64,000 bases of DNA from a bacterium (lineage in GTDB: Bacteria > Patescibacteriota > JABMPQ01 > JAUVWW01), in contig JAUVWW010000001.1 in assembly GCA_030603885.1 (NCBI GenBank), positions 70,716 through 134,715 of the forward strand. Reading direction: 5' to 3'. The notes beneath the pieces were generated by a model. The model did not search any database and was not told the origin of the DNA. It was given only the letters and a program-made list of their open reading frames with translations. A program made the translations under genes and the position numbers. Below, in pieces: positions 19,672 through 28,952 of this stretch. Every line of letters begins with the position of its first letter. The stretch's first letter is position 1.

Positions 19672-22600
19672 GTAAACAGGGTCAATACAATTACAGCGGA
19701 ATAAATTTCCAATCCTGGGCAGCAATGTCGTTGTTCTTGCAGTATTTGCGTGATTCTGATTTCTCACATATTTATTTGGAAGCCCCTGAGTTTCAAGATT
19801 TCAATTTAGTTTTTAATGATGGGAGAAAAATTATTTGCGAAGCAAAAAGTTGGAAGAAGAAATTTAGTTTTGCTGACTTAAGAAAAATTCTTACCTCTAT
19901 ACTAGATAAAGAAAATATAGGCAAAAATGATGAAGTTCTGATAATTTGCAGAAATTTAGATAAGAAATTAGAAAAAAAAGTTGAAAATATTAAATATTTT
20001 AGAGAGATCATTGCCCCTTATTTTAATAAGGAAAAGAGATTTTCAAAAGAAGAAATTGAAGTTTTACCTAAAGTAAATTTCTGGAAAGTTTCTGGAAAGA
20101 TTAATGAAAAAATCATATATTCCCTTTTTAGTGAATTATTGAATTTCTGGATACCAGAAGAAGATTTGAAGAGGATAGTAGACAGTATTTTAATGCAAAA
20201 AATTTATAAATGTTCTGCCAAGGGAACAGCATTTACAAGAATAGATCTTTTAATGGAAATAGAAAGTTTAAAAAGAGAGGTTATTGAGAAAAGCGGTGAT
20301 TTCGATGAAAATAGAAGGAAAATCGAAGATCAGCTTAAAGATGTGATCAAAGCAATTAAAGATAATAAATCATTAGTATGGACTCATGGCAGAGTTTCTG
20401 CACTTTCTGCTCAGCCGAATTTAATGTATTTTGTACTCCAAAAGTTTAAAGAGAAGAAAATTGATAAACTTGAGGACTGGAAAGACTTATGGGAGCTTAA
20501 TAAAGTATATGCGTTTTCTTTCGATATATTTAAAATTTTCGAGAGCAATCTTCATAACAGGAAAAACAGGGTATACATTTTAAAATTTATTAGAGAGAAT
20601 CTCCTGGGCTTTAGAAGGTTTTTTAGATCAGACTTCTTTGAAATGGGTGTAGTAAAAATTATGAATGGAGTCATAGAACAAGATAAAACTTTGCTTAATG
20701 AAGCTTTTGAAATTGTAAAGGAATTATTAAAAAGATACGAAAATGAATACTTCTATCTTAAAAGTAATCAAGATTCAGAATGGAGAAGAGGAGAAATTTG
20801 TAAATTACTTAAGAAGATTTATGAGAATAGCGATGAGAGTCTAAAAAACAGAATTTATGAATTAATAACTAATCATTTCAATCTAATTGCAGATGATAGC
20901 GAGTTTAGTTATTATACTCCCGAAGTTGTATTTAAAATTTTAGAAAATTGCTTAACAGATGGTTGGAATAAATTTGAAAAAAGATTTATTGAATTAAGTA
21001 AAATTTTAGCGGAGCAATATGAAAAGTTTTACAAGCGATTTGGTAAAAAAACAAAATTCAAGGGTTGGGAATTAATGGGTGGAGTAACTACGTCTTGGGG
21101 CCATGATTATAAAGTAATAGATAGACACTTTATTAGATTTACTTTAAAACCCGCATTAGGGAAATATTATAAAACTAACAAAAAGAGATGTTGGTCTTTT
21201 GTGATGGGAGAGTGTATTTCAACTACAAACAGAGTTAGTAGAAAGGGTCCTGATTTTTTGAATCGTGCTTCAGTTTCTATTATTTTGGATAGGTATAGAA
21301 ATAGAAATGCCAAAGTATCTAATAAAGCTTTTAGGATACTAAAAGAGTTTATTTTATCGTGGAAAGGCATACCTCATAAATCCGATTTAATTTATCAGGA
21401 GCTCCGCGGAGATTTCTCAGATGATAAGAAATGGAAATTAGTAAAAATAAGCATTGATAAATATAAACTGCCCATTAATTCTTTCGTGGAACAGATTGTT
21501 TTGGAGCTAGCTAAAAAGAGACATAAAAAATCAAAGGAAATATTGAGAGGTTGGATTAGAGATCCGAAGTATTATAAAAGAGGAATTTTTGAAAGAAATG
21601 TAATTGTAAATATTTCTCAATTTTTAGATGTTTCGTTTAATGAGGGGGTAGAGATGTTTAAGGATTTTATTAATGGAGATTATTTTCTAAAGAAAATGGA
21701 TTATTTTAATGCTTTTGAGGCAGCAAGAGTATTAAATAAAATTATAGATAGAAATTTCAACACAGGGTTAGAAATTCTCGAAACCTTATCTCAAAAATTA
21801 AAATTAACCGATAACGAACAAATTTTATTGTGTAGTAGCTTGACTGACAAAGACGATTCTAAACAAGAAAATAAAAAGGTTTTAATAAAGATTTATGAAG
21901 AGTTTTTGGGTCCATTCTTAGATAGTTTAGATAATGATATTAAAAAAATTGAAAAGAGAATTACTCGGCCACAATCTAGAGAAGCAATTGTAGAATTTGC
22001 TGATGCCCTGGTTAAACATCAGAAAATTCCAGAGGCAATGAGAATAGTAAGATTGTTTGTTAATGATTCTGATCCTTGTACTCCGGAGAAGGTCGATTCT
22101 GAAGATCTCAAGGGAGAATATGATAAACATAAACAAATTGAGCAAGGCGAAGATACTCTTACTATTAATACTGTAAGAGGTCGGTGTGCTTGGGTATTAA
22201 TGAATTGTGCAGTTTTGGCTGGTAGGGACCATATCGAGGAAATTATTAATTTAACAGAAAAATTAACAAAAGACAAAAATTACTATATTCAATGGATGTC
22301 TTGCCATTCTTTATCTCAATTAGCAAGAAATCGGCTTACAATAATGCCTGAAAATAAAAAAGAACTATTCTTTAATAAAGATAGAGAAAAAGCATTGAAA
22401 ATGGCTAAAAGAGTTGAAAAAATCGCTTTTGAATTATTAGAAAAATTCTCTAAGCTAGGACCCAAGCCAAGAGATGTTTTGATGAGAGCATTACTAAAAG
22501 TATTTGATCATATAAGAGGATTAAACCAGAAAGATGCAAGATTATTACTAAAGAAAATTTCCAAATGCGGAGAGAAAGTTTTTAGTGAAGCCGCTCCATT

Positions 22601-23300
22601 GTTTATTTACTTTGCTGAATTTAGACAAAAAGATTTTAAGAATTGGAAATGGCAGATGCCAGAATTATACGATGATTTGGAAAATTTCGACAATAAAGAA
22701 TTCCAAAAGTTTTTAGAAAATATTCTTAAGAAGAGAAATTCAAAAATTAATTCTCATTTTGCTTGGCGTTTCTGGAAGCTTACAAAGGAATCTGTGTCGG
22801 ATAAGGCAGATATAAAAAATGTGGTTAAATATAGCGAAGCATTCGAAATATCCGACAGATATTTGAATATTCTTTCAGATAGCTACGACCATCAAACATT
22901 TAAAAATATTTATTACTTTATTCGAGAGAATGTTGATAAGCGATTTAAAGAGTGTTATAAACTTTGGCGAAAGTGCCTAGCAAAAGAAAAGCCTGTTATG
23001 GAAAAGTTAATAAAAGAGGAGAAAATATACGAAACATCTTGGTGGCCATTTTATCATAACGACGAAATCTTAACAATCATCAAACAAAAAGCTGGTAATA
23101 AAGAATTTTTGAATTCTTTTGAATTTTTATTGAATTATCCAAATGAGGCTAACATTGGTGATATAAAAAATGTAGTCGAAGTTTTGCAGAGTTTACCATC
23201 CAAGTATAATCAGAGAGTAGAAAAAATCTTTGAAATGTTGATAGATAGAGATCCAAATTTCTATGACATAAAAGAAAGCTGGGTAGAAAGAGAGAAATAG
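19668..23300 (+). CDS. Large protein: N-terminal Cap4/DUF4297-like PD-(D/E)xK nuclease plus long alpha-helical (HEAT/ARM-like) region
   Basis: YSGINFQSWAA...LEAPEFQDFNL...IICEAK; remainder is helical with no Walker A; ATGA overlap with upstream gene. Confidence 0.65.
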   Translation: MSKQGQYNYSGINFQSWAAMSLFLQYLRDSDFSHIYLEAPEFQDFNLVFNDGRKIICEAKSWKKKFSFADLRKILTSILDKENIGKNDEVLIICRNLDKKLEKKVENIKYFREIIAPYFNKEKRFSKEEIEVLPKVNFWKVSGKINEKIIYSLFSELLNFWIPEEDLKRIVDSILMQKIYKCSAKGTAFTRIDLLMEIESLKREVIEKSGDFDENRRKIEDQLKDVIKAIKDNKSLVWTHGRVSALSAQPNLMYFVLQKFKEKKIDKLEDWKDLWELNKVYAFSFDIFKIFESNLHNRKNRVYILKFIRENLLGFRRFFRSDFFEMGVVKIMNGVIEQDKTLLNEAFEIVKELLKRYENEYFYLKSNQDSEWRRGEICKLLKKIYENSDESLKNRIYELITNHFNLIADDSEFSYYTPEVVFKILENCLTDGWNKFEKRFIELSKILAEQYEKFYKRFGKKTKFKGWELMGGVTTSWGHDYKVIDRHFIRFTLKPALGKYYKTNKKRCWSFVMGECISTTNRVSRKGPDFLNRASVSIILDRYRNRNAKVSNKAFRILKEFILSWKGIPHKSDLIYQELRGDFSDDKKWKLVKISIDKYKLPINSFVEQIVLELAKKRHKKSKEILRGWIRDPKYYKRGIFERNVIVNISQFLDVSFNEGVEMFKDFINGDYFLKKMDYFNAFEAARVLNKIIDRNFNTGLEILETLSQKLKLTDNEQILLCSSLTDKDDSKQENKKVLIKIYEEFLGPFLDSLDNDIKKIEKRITRPQSREAIVEFADALVKHQKIPEAMRIVRLFVNDSDPCTPEKVDSEDLKGEYDKHKQIEQGEDTLTINTVRGRCAWVLMNCAVLAGRDHIEEIINLTEKLTKDKNYYIQWMSCHSLSQLARNRLTIMPENKKELFFNKDREKALKMAKRVEKIAFELLEKFSKLGPKPRDVLMRALLKVFDHIRGLNQKDARLLLKKISKCGEKVFSEAAPLFIYFAEFRQKDFKNWKWQMPELYDDLENFDNKEFQKFLENILKKRNSKINSHFAWRFWKLTKESVSDKADIKNVVKYSEAFEISDRYLNILSDSYDHQTFKNIYYFIRENVDKRFKECYKLWRKCLAKEKPVMEKLIKEEKIYETSWWPFYHNDEILTIIKQKAGNKEFLNSFEFLLNYPNEANIGDIKNVVEVLQSLPSKYNQRVEKIFEMLIDRDPNFYDIKESWVEREK

Positions 23301-23302
23301 GG

Positions 23303-23435
23303 ATGGTTCTATTTTTCTAGATCCACTCACCAAAAAATCCCCTCCCTAACGTACCAATCTTTTAAGCTCCACAAAGAATCAAGAGAATTAATTGAGGAGG
23401 CGAAGAGGGAGGTGGAAAATTTAATTAAGAAATAA
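23303..23435 (+). pseudogene. 3' remnant of an HsdS-like R-M specificity subunit gene
   Basis: Reads STHQKIPSLTYQSFKLHKESRELIEEAKREVENLIKK*, resembling the C-terminal coiled coil (QQKIA.L...SF.L.KES..L.E.AK..VE..I) of HsdS-like proteins; degraded 5' side. Confidence 0.65.
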
Positions 23436-23461
23436 TTTATGGAAATTTCAAGATAAGTTAC

Positions 23462-23995
23462 ATGAAAACTTTTTTCTTCATCCTCAGCCTCGTTTTTGTT
23501 ATCCTCCTTCAGGTAGCTTTTTTGCCTCATTTTACTTTATATCAAGCTATACCTAATTTAATCTTGGCAGTTCTTGTTTCTTGGTGTATACTTCAGAGTT
23601 ACAATCAAGCTTATGTATTAGCTTTCCTAGCGGGCCTATCTTTGGATCTTTACTCCGGAACTTTGTTTGGAATACATACTCTGACGCTAGTTTGCGTAGC
23701 CTTGATTACTTATTTAATTACTCAGCATTTTCTAAATAAAGACGATTTATTTACTAGACTAATGATAATTATTTTGGCTACTTTAGGCTATCAGTTTATA
23801 TTTTTAGGCTTTACATTTTTAGCCAAGCTATTACACTTAGTGGATTACAGTATCCCTTTATCCAACCAATATCTTGGTTTTCTTCTCTGGCAAATTCTAG
23901 TTAATGCTATAGTTTTACTTATAATTTTCCCTATGATAAAAGCTAGCCATAATTTTTTGCTGAGACATGAAAAGAGGGCAAGAGTCGAAGTATAA
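23462..23995 (+). CDS. mreD: Rod shape-determining protein MreD
   Basis: PNLILAVLVSW, AFLAGLSLDLYSGTLFG; upstream of mrdA. Confidence 0.9.
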   Translation: MKTFFFILSLVFVILLQVAFLPHFTLYQAIPNLILAVLVSWCILQSYNQAYVLAFLAGLSLDLYSGTLFGIHTLTLVCVALITYLITQHFLNKDDLFTRLMIIILATLGYQFIFLGFTFLAKLLHLVDYSIPLSNQYLGFLLWQILVNAIVLLIIFPMIKASHNFLLRHEKRARVEV

Positions 23996-23997
23996 AC

Positions 23998-25956
23998 ATG
24001 ACTAATATGAAGGATCCATTTTCAACACCCAACTATCTTTCAGACAAAGAATCAAAAGGCAAAAAAATTACTCCTTCCAAGAGAGGGGATGAGTGGGAGG
24101 AGAGTCTTTTTGAAACAGACGAAGAAGAGGAAGTAAGAACTGTTCAACCTCTTTTTAATTATGCCAAAATAAAATGGCTGTATTTAATAGCCATTTTAGT
24201 CTTTTTAGTCCTAGCAAGTAGAATTTTTTATTTACAAGTTGTAGCTTCTGATGAATTCAGGCAGGCAGCTGAAGAAAATCGTTTTAGGGTCCATGTTATT
24301 CGGGCTCCCAGAGGAATAGTTTTAGATAGCCAAAGAAACCTTTTGGTTCGCAATATTCCTAGTTTTGATATTATAGCTATTCCAGCTGATCTACCCAAGG
24401 ATGAAAATGATAGGAGACAACTTTGGTCTACCTTAATGTCTAAAATTGACATTTCACAAGATGAACTAAACCAAGCTCTTTTAGATATAAATTATACTTC
24501 CTGGCAACCTATTTTGATTAAAAAGGGTATCCTGAGAGATCAAGCCTTGATTTTAGAAACTCAACTTCAAGATCTCCCAGGCATAGTACTAGAGAAAAAT
24601 CCTATCAGAGAATATTCTGAGGCTGAGTTTTTTGCTCACATCCTAGGCTATACTGGAAAAATTAGTCAGGAGGAATTAGAAAAAAGAGAAGATTATTTAC
24701 TAAACGACTACATAGGAAAATCAGGGCTGGAGTTATATTATGAAGATACTTTACGAGGAAAGAATGGGAAAGAGCAAGTGGAAGTGGCAGCTGGAGGTAA
24801 GCAGGAAAGGATTTTAGCTACAGAAGAGCCTATAACTGGTAGTGATTTGGTTCTATCGATAGAGAGAGATTTACAGAAAAAGATGCATGAACTTCTGAAA
24901 AATGGAATGGTTAAAGCAGGGTCCTCCAAAGCAGCTGCCATAGCTTTAGATCCCAGAAATGGTGAAATTTTAGGAATAGTTAGTCTTCCTTCTTATGATA
25001 ATAATTTATTTGCCAAAGGTATTAGTGAGGAAGACTACCAAAGATTAGCTCAGGATCAAGATCGACCTCTTTTCTCAAGAGATATATCCGGAACATATCC
25101 CCCTGGTTCTACTATAAAGCCAGTTATGGCGGCAGCAGGATTACAAGAGGGTGTAATTACCAGAAATACCATTATTAATGATACAGGCGTTATTACTGTG
25201 CCTCATGAATATAATCCTGATATTACCTATACTTATTACGGCTGGGCTAGAGGAGGGCTTGGTCCAATGAACGTAATTTCTGCTATTGCTAAGTCTTCGG
25301 ATATATATTTTTATACTGTAGGAGGAGGGCAAGAATCTTTGGGAATTAAAGGTTTAGGAGCAGAAAAAATTGCCGAATATTTTAAAAAATTTGGACTAGA
25401 GTCTAAGCTAGGCATTGATTTACCCAATGAAGCAGAGGGTCTTGTTCCTACTCCAGAGTGGAAAGAGAAAGCAAAAGGAGAAATGTGGTATTTAGGAAAT
25501 ACCTATCACGAGTCTATTGGACAAGGGGATGTACTAGTAAGTCCTCTGCAAGTGGTTTCTTGGACAGCAACCATTGCCAATGGAGGAAGATTATATAAAC
25601 CTCATCTAGTTAGACAAATTATTAACCCTGATGGTTCTACCCAAAATACTCAACCAGAAGTTATTCGATCAGATTTTATTTCAAGTTATAACATCAATTT
25701 GGCCCGCCAAGGAATGAGAGAAGCAGTCCTTTCGGGTTCAAGCGTAGCTTTAACTGATTTACCTATTGCAGCAGCTGGAAAAACAGGCACGGCTGAAACA
25801 GGCAAAGGAACTACTCATGCCTGGTTTATCTGTTTTGCTCCCTATGAAAATCCAGAAATTGCTCTTGTAGTTTTAATTGAAAAAGGAGGAGAAGGACACG
25901 AAACAGCAGTGCCTATAGCTAAAGAAATTTTGAAATGGTGGTTTGAGAATAAATAA
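23998..25956 (+). CDS. mrdA: Penicillin-binding protein 2
   Basis: APRGIVLD, GKSGLE, PGSTIK (SxxK), SSD, GKTGTAE. Confidence 0.95.
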   Translation: MTNMKDPFSTPNYLSDKESKGKKITPSKRGDEWEESLFETDEEEEVRTVQPLFNYAKIKWLYLIAILVFLVLASRIFYLQVVASDEFRQAAEENRFRVHVIRAPRGIVLDSQRNLLVRNIPSFDIIAIPADLPKDENDRRQLWSTLMSKIDISQDELNQALLDINYTSWQPILIKKGILRDQALILETQLQDLPGIVLEKNPIREYSEAEFFAHILGYTGKISQEELEKREDYLLNDYIGKSGLELYYEDTLRGKNGKEQVEVAAGGKQERILATEEPITGSDLVLSIERDLQKKMHELLKNGMVKAGSSKAAAIALDPRNGEILGIVSLPSYDNNLFAKGISEEDYQRLAQDQDRPLFSRDISGTYPPGSTIKPVMAAAGLQEGVITRNTIINDTGVITVPHEYNPDITYTYYGWARGGLGPMNVISAIAKSSDIYFYTVGGGQESLGIKGLGAEKIAEYFKKFGLESKLGIDLPNEAEGLVPTPEWKEKAKGEMWYLGNTYHESIGQGDVLVSPLQVVSWTATIANGGRLYKPHLVRQIINPDGSTQNTQPEVIRSDFISSYNINLARQGMREAVLSGSSVALTDLPIAAAGKTGTAETGKGTTHAWFICFAPYENPEIALVVLIEKGGEGHETAVPIAKEILKWWFENK

Positions 25957-25957
25957 T

Positions 25958-26806
25958 ATGACCATCAACGGTCAAAAAATAGCAGAAAATATTCTAAAAA
26001 GGCTGAAAAAACAAGTTTTGGATTTGAAGAAAAAAGGTATTGTTCCTAAACTTGCTGTAGTTTTAGTTGGTCAAGATAAACCATCTTTAGCTTATGTGCA
26101 TCAAAAAGAAAAAGCCTGTGATAAGGTTGGAATAGGTTTTAAACTTTATAAGTTTCCTAAGAAAATAAAAACAGAAACTCTATGTCGGAAAGTTAAGGCT
26201 ATCCAGAGACAGAAATTATCAGGTTTAATTGTTCAGCTTCCTTTACCTCGACATCTCAATACTCAAGCTGTCTTGGATTTTGTAGACCCAAAGATCGATG
26301 TTGATTGCCTTACTTCTTATAATATTGGCAAACTAGCTACAGAAACCCAAGAGATTCTACCTCCCACTTGTGGGGCTATCATGGACTTACTTAAAGCTTA
26401 CAAGATAGATTTAAAAGGAAAGCATGTAGTAGTGGTGGGAAGAGGGGACCTTGTGGGAAAGCCATTGAGCATCTTACTAACTCAAAAGCTTATTACTTTA
26501 ACTATCTGTACCAAGTTTACAAAAAATCTAGGCAAATTAACTAAACAGGCTGATGTTCTTATTTCTGGGGTAGGAAAGCCGAATTTAATTAGGGCTAGCA
26601 TGATAAAAAGAGGAGCCGTAGTTATTGATGCTGGATTTTACAAACGAGATAAAAAAGTGTATGGTGATGTAGATTTTGAGAAAGTGGTCAAGAAAGCCTC
26701 AAAAATTAGCCCGGTTCCAGGCGGAGTAGGACCAGTCACAGTAGCCAAATTATTAGAAAATGTTGTAAAATGCGCTAGTTTAAGCCAAAAATCAGGTTGT
26801 GGATAA
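25958..26806 (+). CDS. folD: Methylenetetrahydrofolate dehydrogenase/cyclohydrolase
   Basis: PKLAVVLVG, GLIVQLPLP, PPTCGAI, PVPGGVGPVTVAKL; ATG at 25958. Confidence 0.95.
   Translation: MTINGQKIAENILKRLKKQVLDLKKKGIVPKLAVVLVGQDKPSLAYVHQKEKACDKVGIGFKLYKFPKKIKTETLCRKVKAIQRQKLSGLIVQLPLPRHLNTQAVLDFVDPKIDVDCLTSYNIGKLATETQEILPPTCGAIMDLLKAYKIDLKGKHVVVVGRGDLVGKPLSILLTQKLITLTICTKFTKNLGKLTKQADVLISGVGKPNLIRASMIKRGAVVIDAGFYKRDKKVYGDVDFEKVVKKASKISPVPGGVGPVTVAKLLENVVKCASLSQKSGCG
26798..26806. promoter_or_regulatory. Consensus DnaA box
   Basis: TGTGGATAA (reverse complement TTATCCACA) overlapping the folD stop, 6 nt upstream of the greA -35. Confidence 0.45.
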
Positions 26807-26812
26807 CTTCGC

Positions 26813-26841
26813 TTGACAACATGTCTAGCTTGTAATAAACT
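26813..26841 (+). promoter_or_regulatory. sigma70 promoter of greA
   Basis: TTGACA-17 nt-TAAACT. Confidence 0.65.
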
Positions 26842-26852
26842 CGGTTTATATT

Positions 26853-26886
26853 TTAAAGAGCCCTTTTTATTTTTGGGCACTTTTTA
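26853..26886 (+). terminator. Terminator-like hairpin in greA leader (possible attenuator)
   Basis: aaagagccc...gggcacttttt between promoter and ATG. Confidence 0.5.
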
Positions 26887-26913
26887 ATGAACTTAATTAT
26901 TAATGAGTAAATC

Positions 26914-27369
26914 ATGGCTAAGAAGTTCATTACTCGAGAAGGATTAGAAAAACTAAAACAAAAATTAGACTATCTGAAATCACATCGTCGAAAGGAAATG
27001 GCTTTGCGTATCAAAAAATTAATTGAGCAGGGAGATATTGTAGAAAGTCCAGCCTATGATCAAGCACAGAATGAACTTCAAGAAGCGGAAGGAGAAATCC
27101 AACAGCTAGAAAATACTATTAAAAATTTGGTGGTTGCCAAAGTCAAAGAGAAGGATGTGGTTAATTTAGGCTCAAAAGTGACACTGCGCTATGATAAAAA
27201 CACAATAGAATATACAATAGTTGGTTTTGATGAAGCTGATCTTAGCCAAAACAAAATATCTTATGAGTCACCTATAGGACAAGCCCTCCTGAATCATAAG
27301 AGAGGGGATGTAGTAGAGGTGCAGACTCCAAAGGGCATGGTTAGATATAAGATATTGAGTGTGGATTAA
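26914..27369 (+). CDS. greA: Transcription elongation factor GreA
   Basis: ITREGLEKL, GDIVESPAYDQA, YTIVG, ISYESPIGQALL. Confidence 0.93.
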   Translation: MAKKFITREGLEKLKQKLDYLKSHRRKEMALRIKKLIEQGDIVESPAYDQAQNELQEAEGEIQQLENTIKNLVVAKVKEKDVVNLGSKVTLRYDKNTIEYTIVGFDEADLSQNKISYESPIGQALLNHKRGDVVEVQTPKGMVRYKILSVD

Positions 27370-27395
27370 AATATATAACACATTGTATATAACAT

Positions 27396-27420
27396 AAGTC
27401 CCGAGATAGGCTCGGGACTT
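27396..27420. terminator. Intrinsic terminator hairpin after greA
   Basis: aagtcccgag-atagg-ctcgggactt, perfect 10-bp stem. Confidence 0.7.
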
Positions 27421-27482
27421 TGATTATATATTTATTTTTGCTATACTAAAATCATACTAACATTTAAACATATAAACATAAC

Positions 27483-28952
27483 ATGCAGAAGAAATTAGAA
27501 GAGCTAAAAGCTTCTCGCTTAGAAAAACTAAAGGAAATTAGGAAAGCTAGTATTAATCCCTATCCTCAGAAAGGAAATAGGACTCATACTTTAGAAGAAG
27601 CAAGTAAAGATTTTGACAAGCTGCAGGATAAAAGTATAACTCTCTGTGGAAGACTAAGGCTCCTCCGTAGTCATGGAAAAGCTACCTTTGCGCACATTGG
27701 AGACGAATCAGGAAAATTACAGATATACTTGAAATATGACCAGCTAGGAAAGGAAAAATATAAATTCTTTAAAAACTTTGATATTGGTGATTTTATAGAA
27801 GTTAAGGGCGAGCTTTTTAAAACTAAAACTTCAGAAAAAACCCTAAGAGTAGAAGATTTTAGAATGTTGGCCAAAGCTATTCGTCCTCTTCCTGAAAAAT
27901 GGCATGGAATAAAAGAGAAAGAAGTAAGATATAGAAAAAGATATTTAGATTTGTTGATGAATCCCGATGTCAATGAGGTTTTTAGAAAAAGAGCTAAAAT
28001 AGTAAATCTGATCAGGGATTTTATGGAAAAACATGGCTTTTTAGAAGTGGATACTCCGGTTCTTCAGCCAGTCTATGGAGGAGCCTTTGCTAAACCATTT
28101 CAGACGACTCTTGATAGTTTGCATATGAAAGTCTATTTGAGAATTGCCAATGAGCTTTATCTAAAACGTCTTATCATTGGAGGCTATGAAAAAATCTATG
28201 AATTCTCCAAAGATTTTAGAAATGAAGGCATTGACAAAACTCACAATCCAGAATTTACCCAGGTAGAATTTTATTGGGCCTATAAAGATTACAATGATAT
28301 TATGAAGTTTGTTGAGGAATTATATTCTCATTTAGCTAAAGAGATCTTGGGTAGTCTAAAAATAAAATATCAAGGAAAAATGGTTGATTTTACTCCACCC
28401 TTCAAAAGACTAAAATTTGTTGATGCTTTGGAGAAATATTCTGGTATCAAGGGTATCTTAGATATGTCAAAAGATGAGCTTCTTAAAAAAGTTAAGAGTT
28501 TAAAAATAAAAGAACTAGAAGAGAAGAAGCATACTACCAAAGCTGAAATCTTAGAAGATCTTTTTGATTATTTTGTTCAGGACAAACTTTGGCATCCTAC
28601 TTTTGTTATTGATCATCCAAAGGAAACTACGCCCCTAGCTAAAGTCCATCGATCCGATCCTCGACTAGTGGAGAGGGTAGAGCCATGTATTTGTGGCATA
28701 GAGCTAGGAAATGGATTTACCGAACTTAATGATCCAGTTGATCAAAGAAAGAGATTTGAAGAGCAGCTTGAGGCAAGAAAAAAGGGAGCTTTAGAAACTC
28801 ATCCCTTGGACAAAGACTTTCTTGAAGCTATAGAATATGGTATGCCTCCCACAGGTGGTATGGGTATTCCCATTGATAGATTAACCATGATTCTAACGGA
28901 TTCTCCATCGATTAGAGATGTGATTTTGTTTCCCTTTATGAAGCAAAAATGA
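27483..28952 (+). CDS. lysS: Lysyl-tRNA synthetase (class II)
   Basis: PLPEKWHG, RYRKRYLDL, FRNEGIDKTHNPEFT, EYGMPPTGG. Confidence 0.97.
   Translation: MQKKLEELKASRLEKLKEIRKASINPYPQKGNRTHTLEEASKDFDKLQDKSITLCGRLRLLRSHGKATFAHIGDESGKLQIYLKYDQLGKEKYKFFKNFDIGDFIEVKGELFKTKTSEKTLRVEDFRMLAKAIRPLPEKWHGIKEKEVRYRKRYLDLLMNPDVNEVFRKRAKIVNLIRDFMEKHGFLEVDTPVLQPVYGGAFAKPFQTTLDSLHMKVYLRIANELYLKRLIIGGYEKIYEFSKDFRNEGIDKTHNPEFTQVEFYWAYKDYNDIMKFVEELYSHLAKEILGSLKIKYQGKMVDFTPPFKRLKFVDALEKYSGIKGILDMSKDELLKKVKSLKIKELEEKKHTTKAEILEDLFDYFVQDKLWHPTFVIDHPKETTPLAKVHRSDPRLVERVEPCICGIELGNGFTELNDPVDQRKRFEEQLEARKKGALETHPLDKDFLEAIEYGMPPTGGMGIPIDRLTMILTDSPSIRDVILFPFMKQK

Larger units (their letters stand above)
16014..23435 (+). 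other. Defence island inserted between mreC and mreD
   Basis: R-M, Schlafen and nuclease genes plus an hsdS-like remnant interrupt the normally contiguous mreC-mreD pair; no integrase seen. Confidence 0.85.

Noticed and set aside
19668-23300. Calling the large protein Avs, CBASS Cap4 or Lamassu LmuA
   Set aside because: No Walker A/STAND module, and no cyclase or SMC partner in the island
23298-23435. Stop-codon readthrough extending the 1210-aa protein (downstream frame is open)
   Set aside because: A 1-in-3 frame coincidence; the tail is better explained as an hsdS-like remnant, and TAG is a normal stop elsewhere in the window
16014-23461. Prophage, integron or transposon as the island vehicle
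   Set aside because: No integrase, transposase, attC-like or terminal repeats recognised
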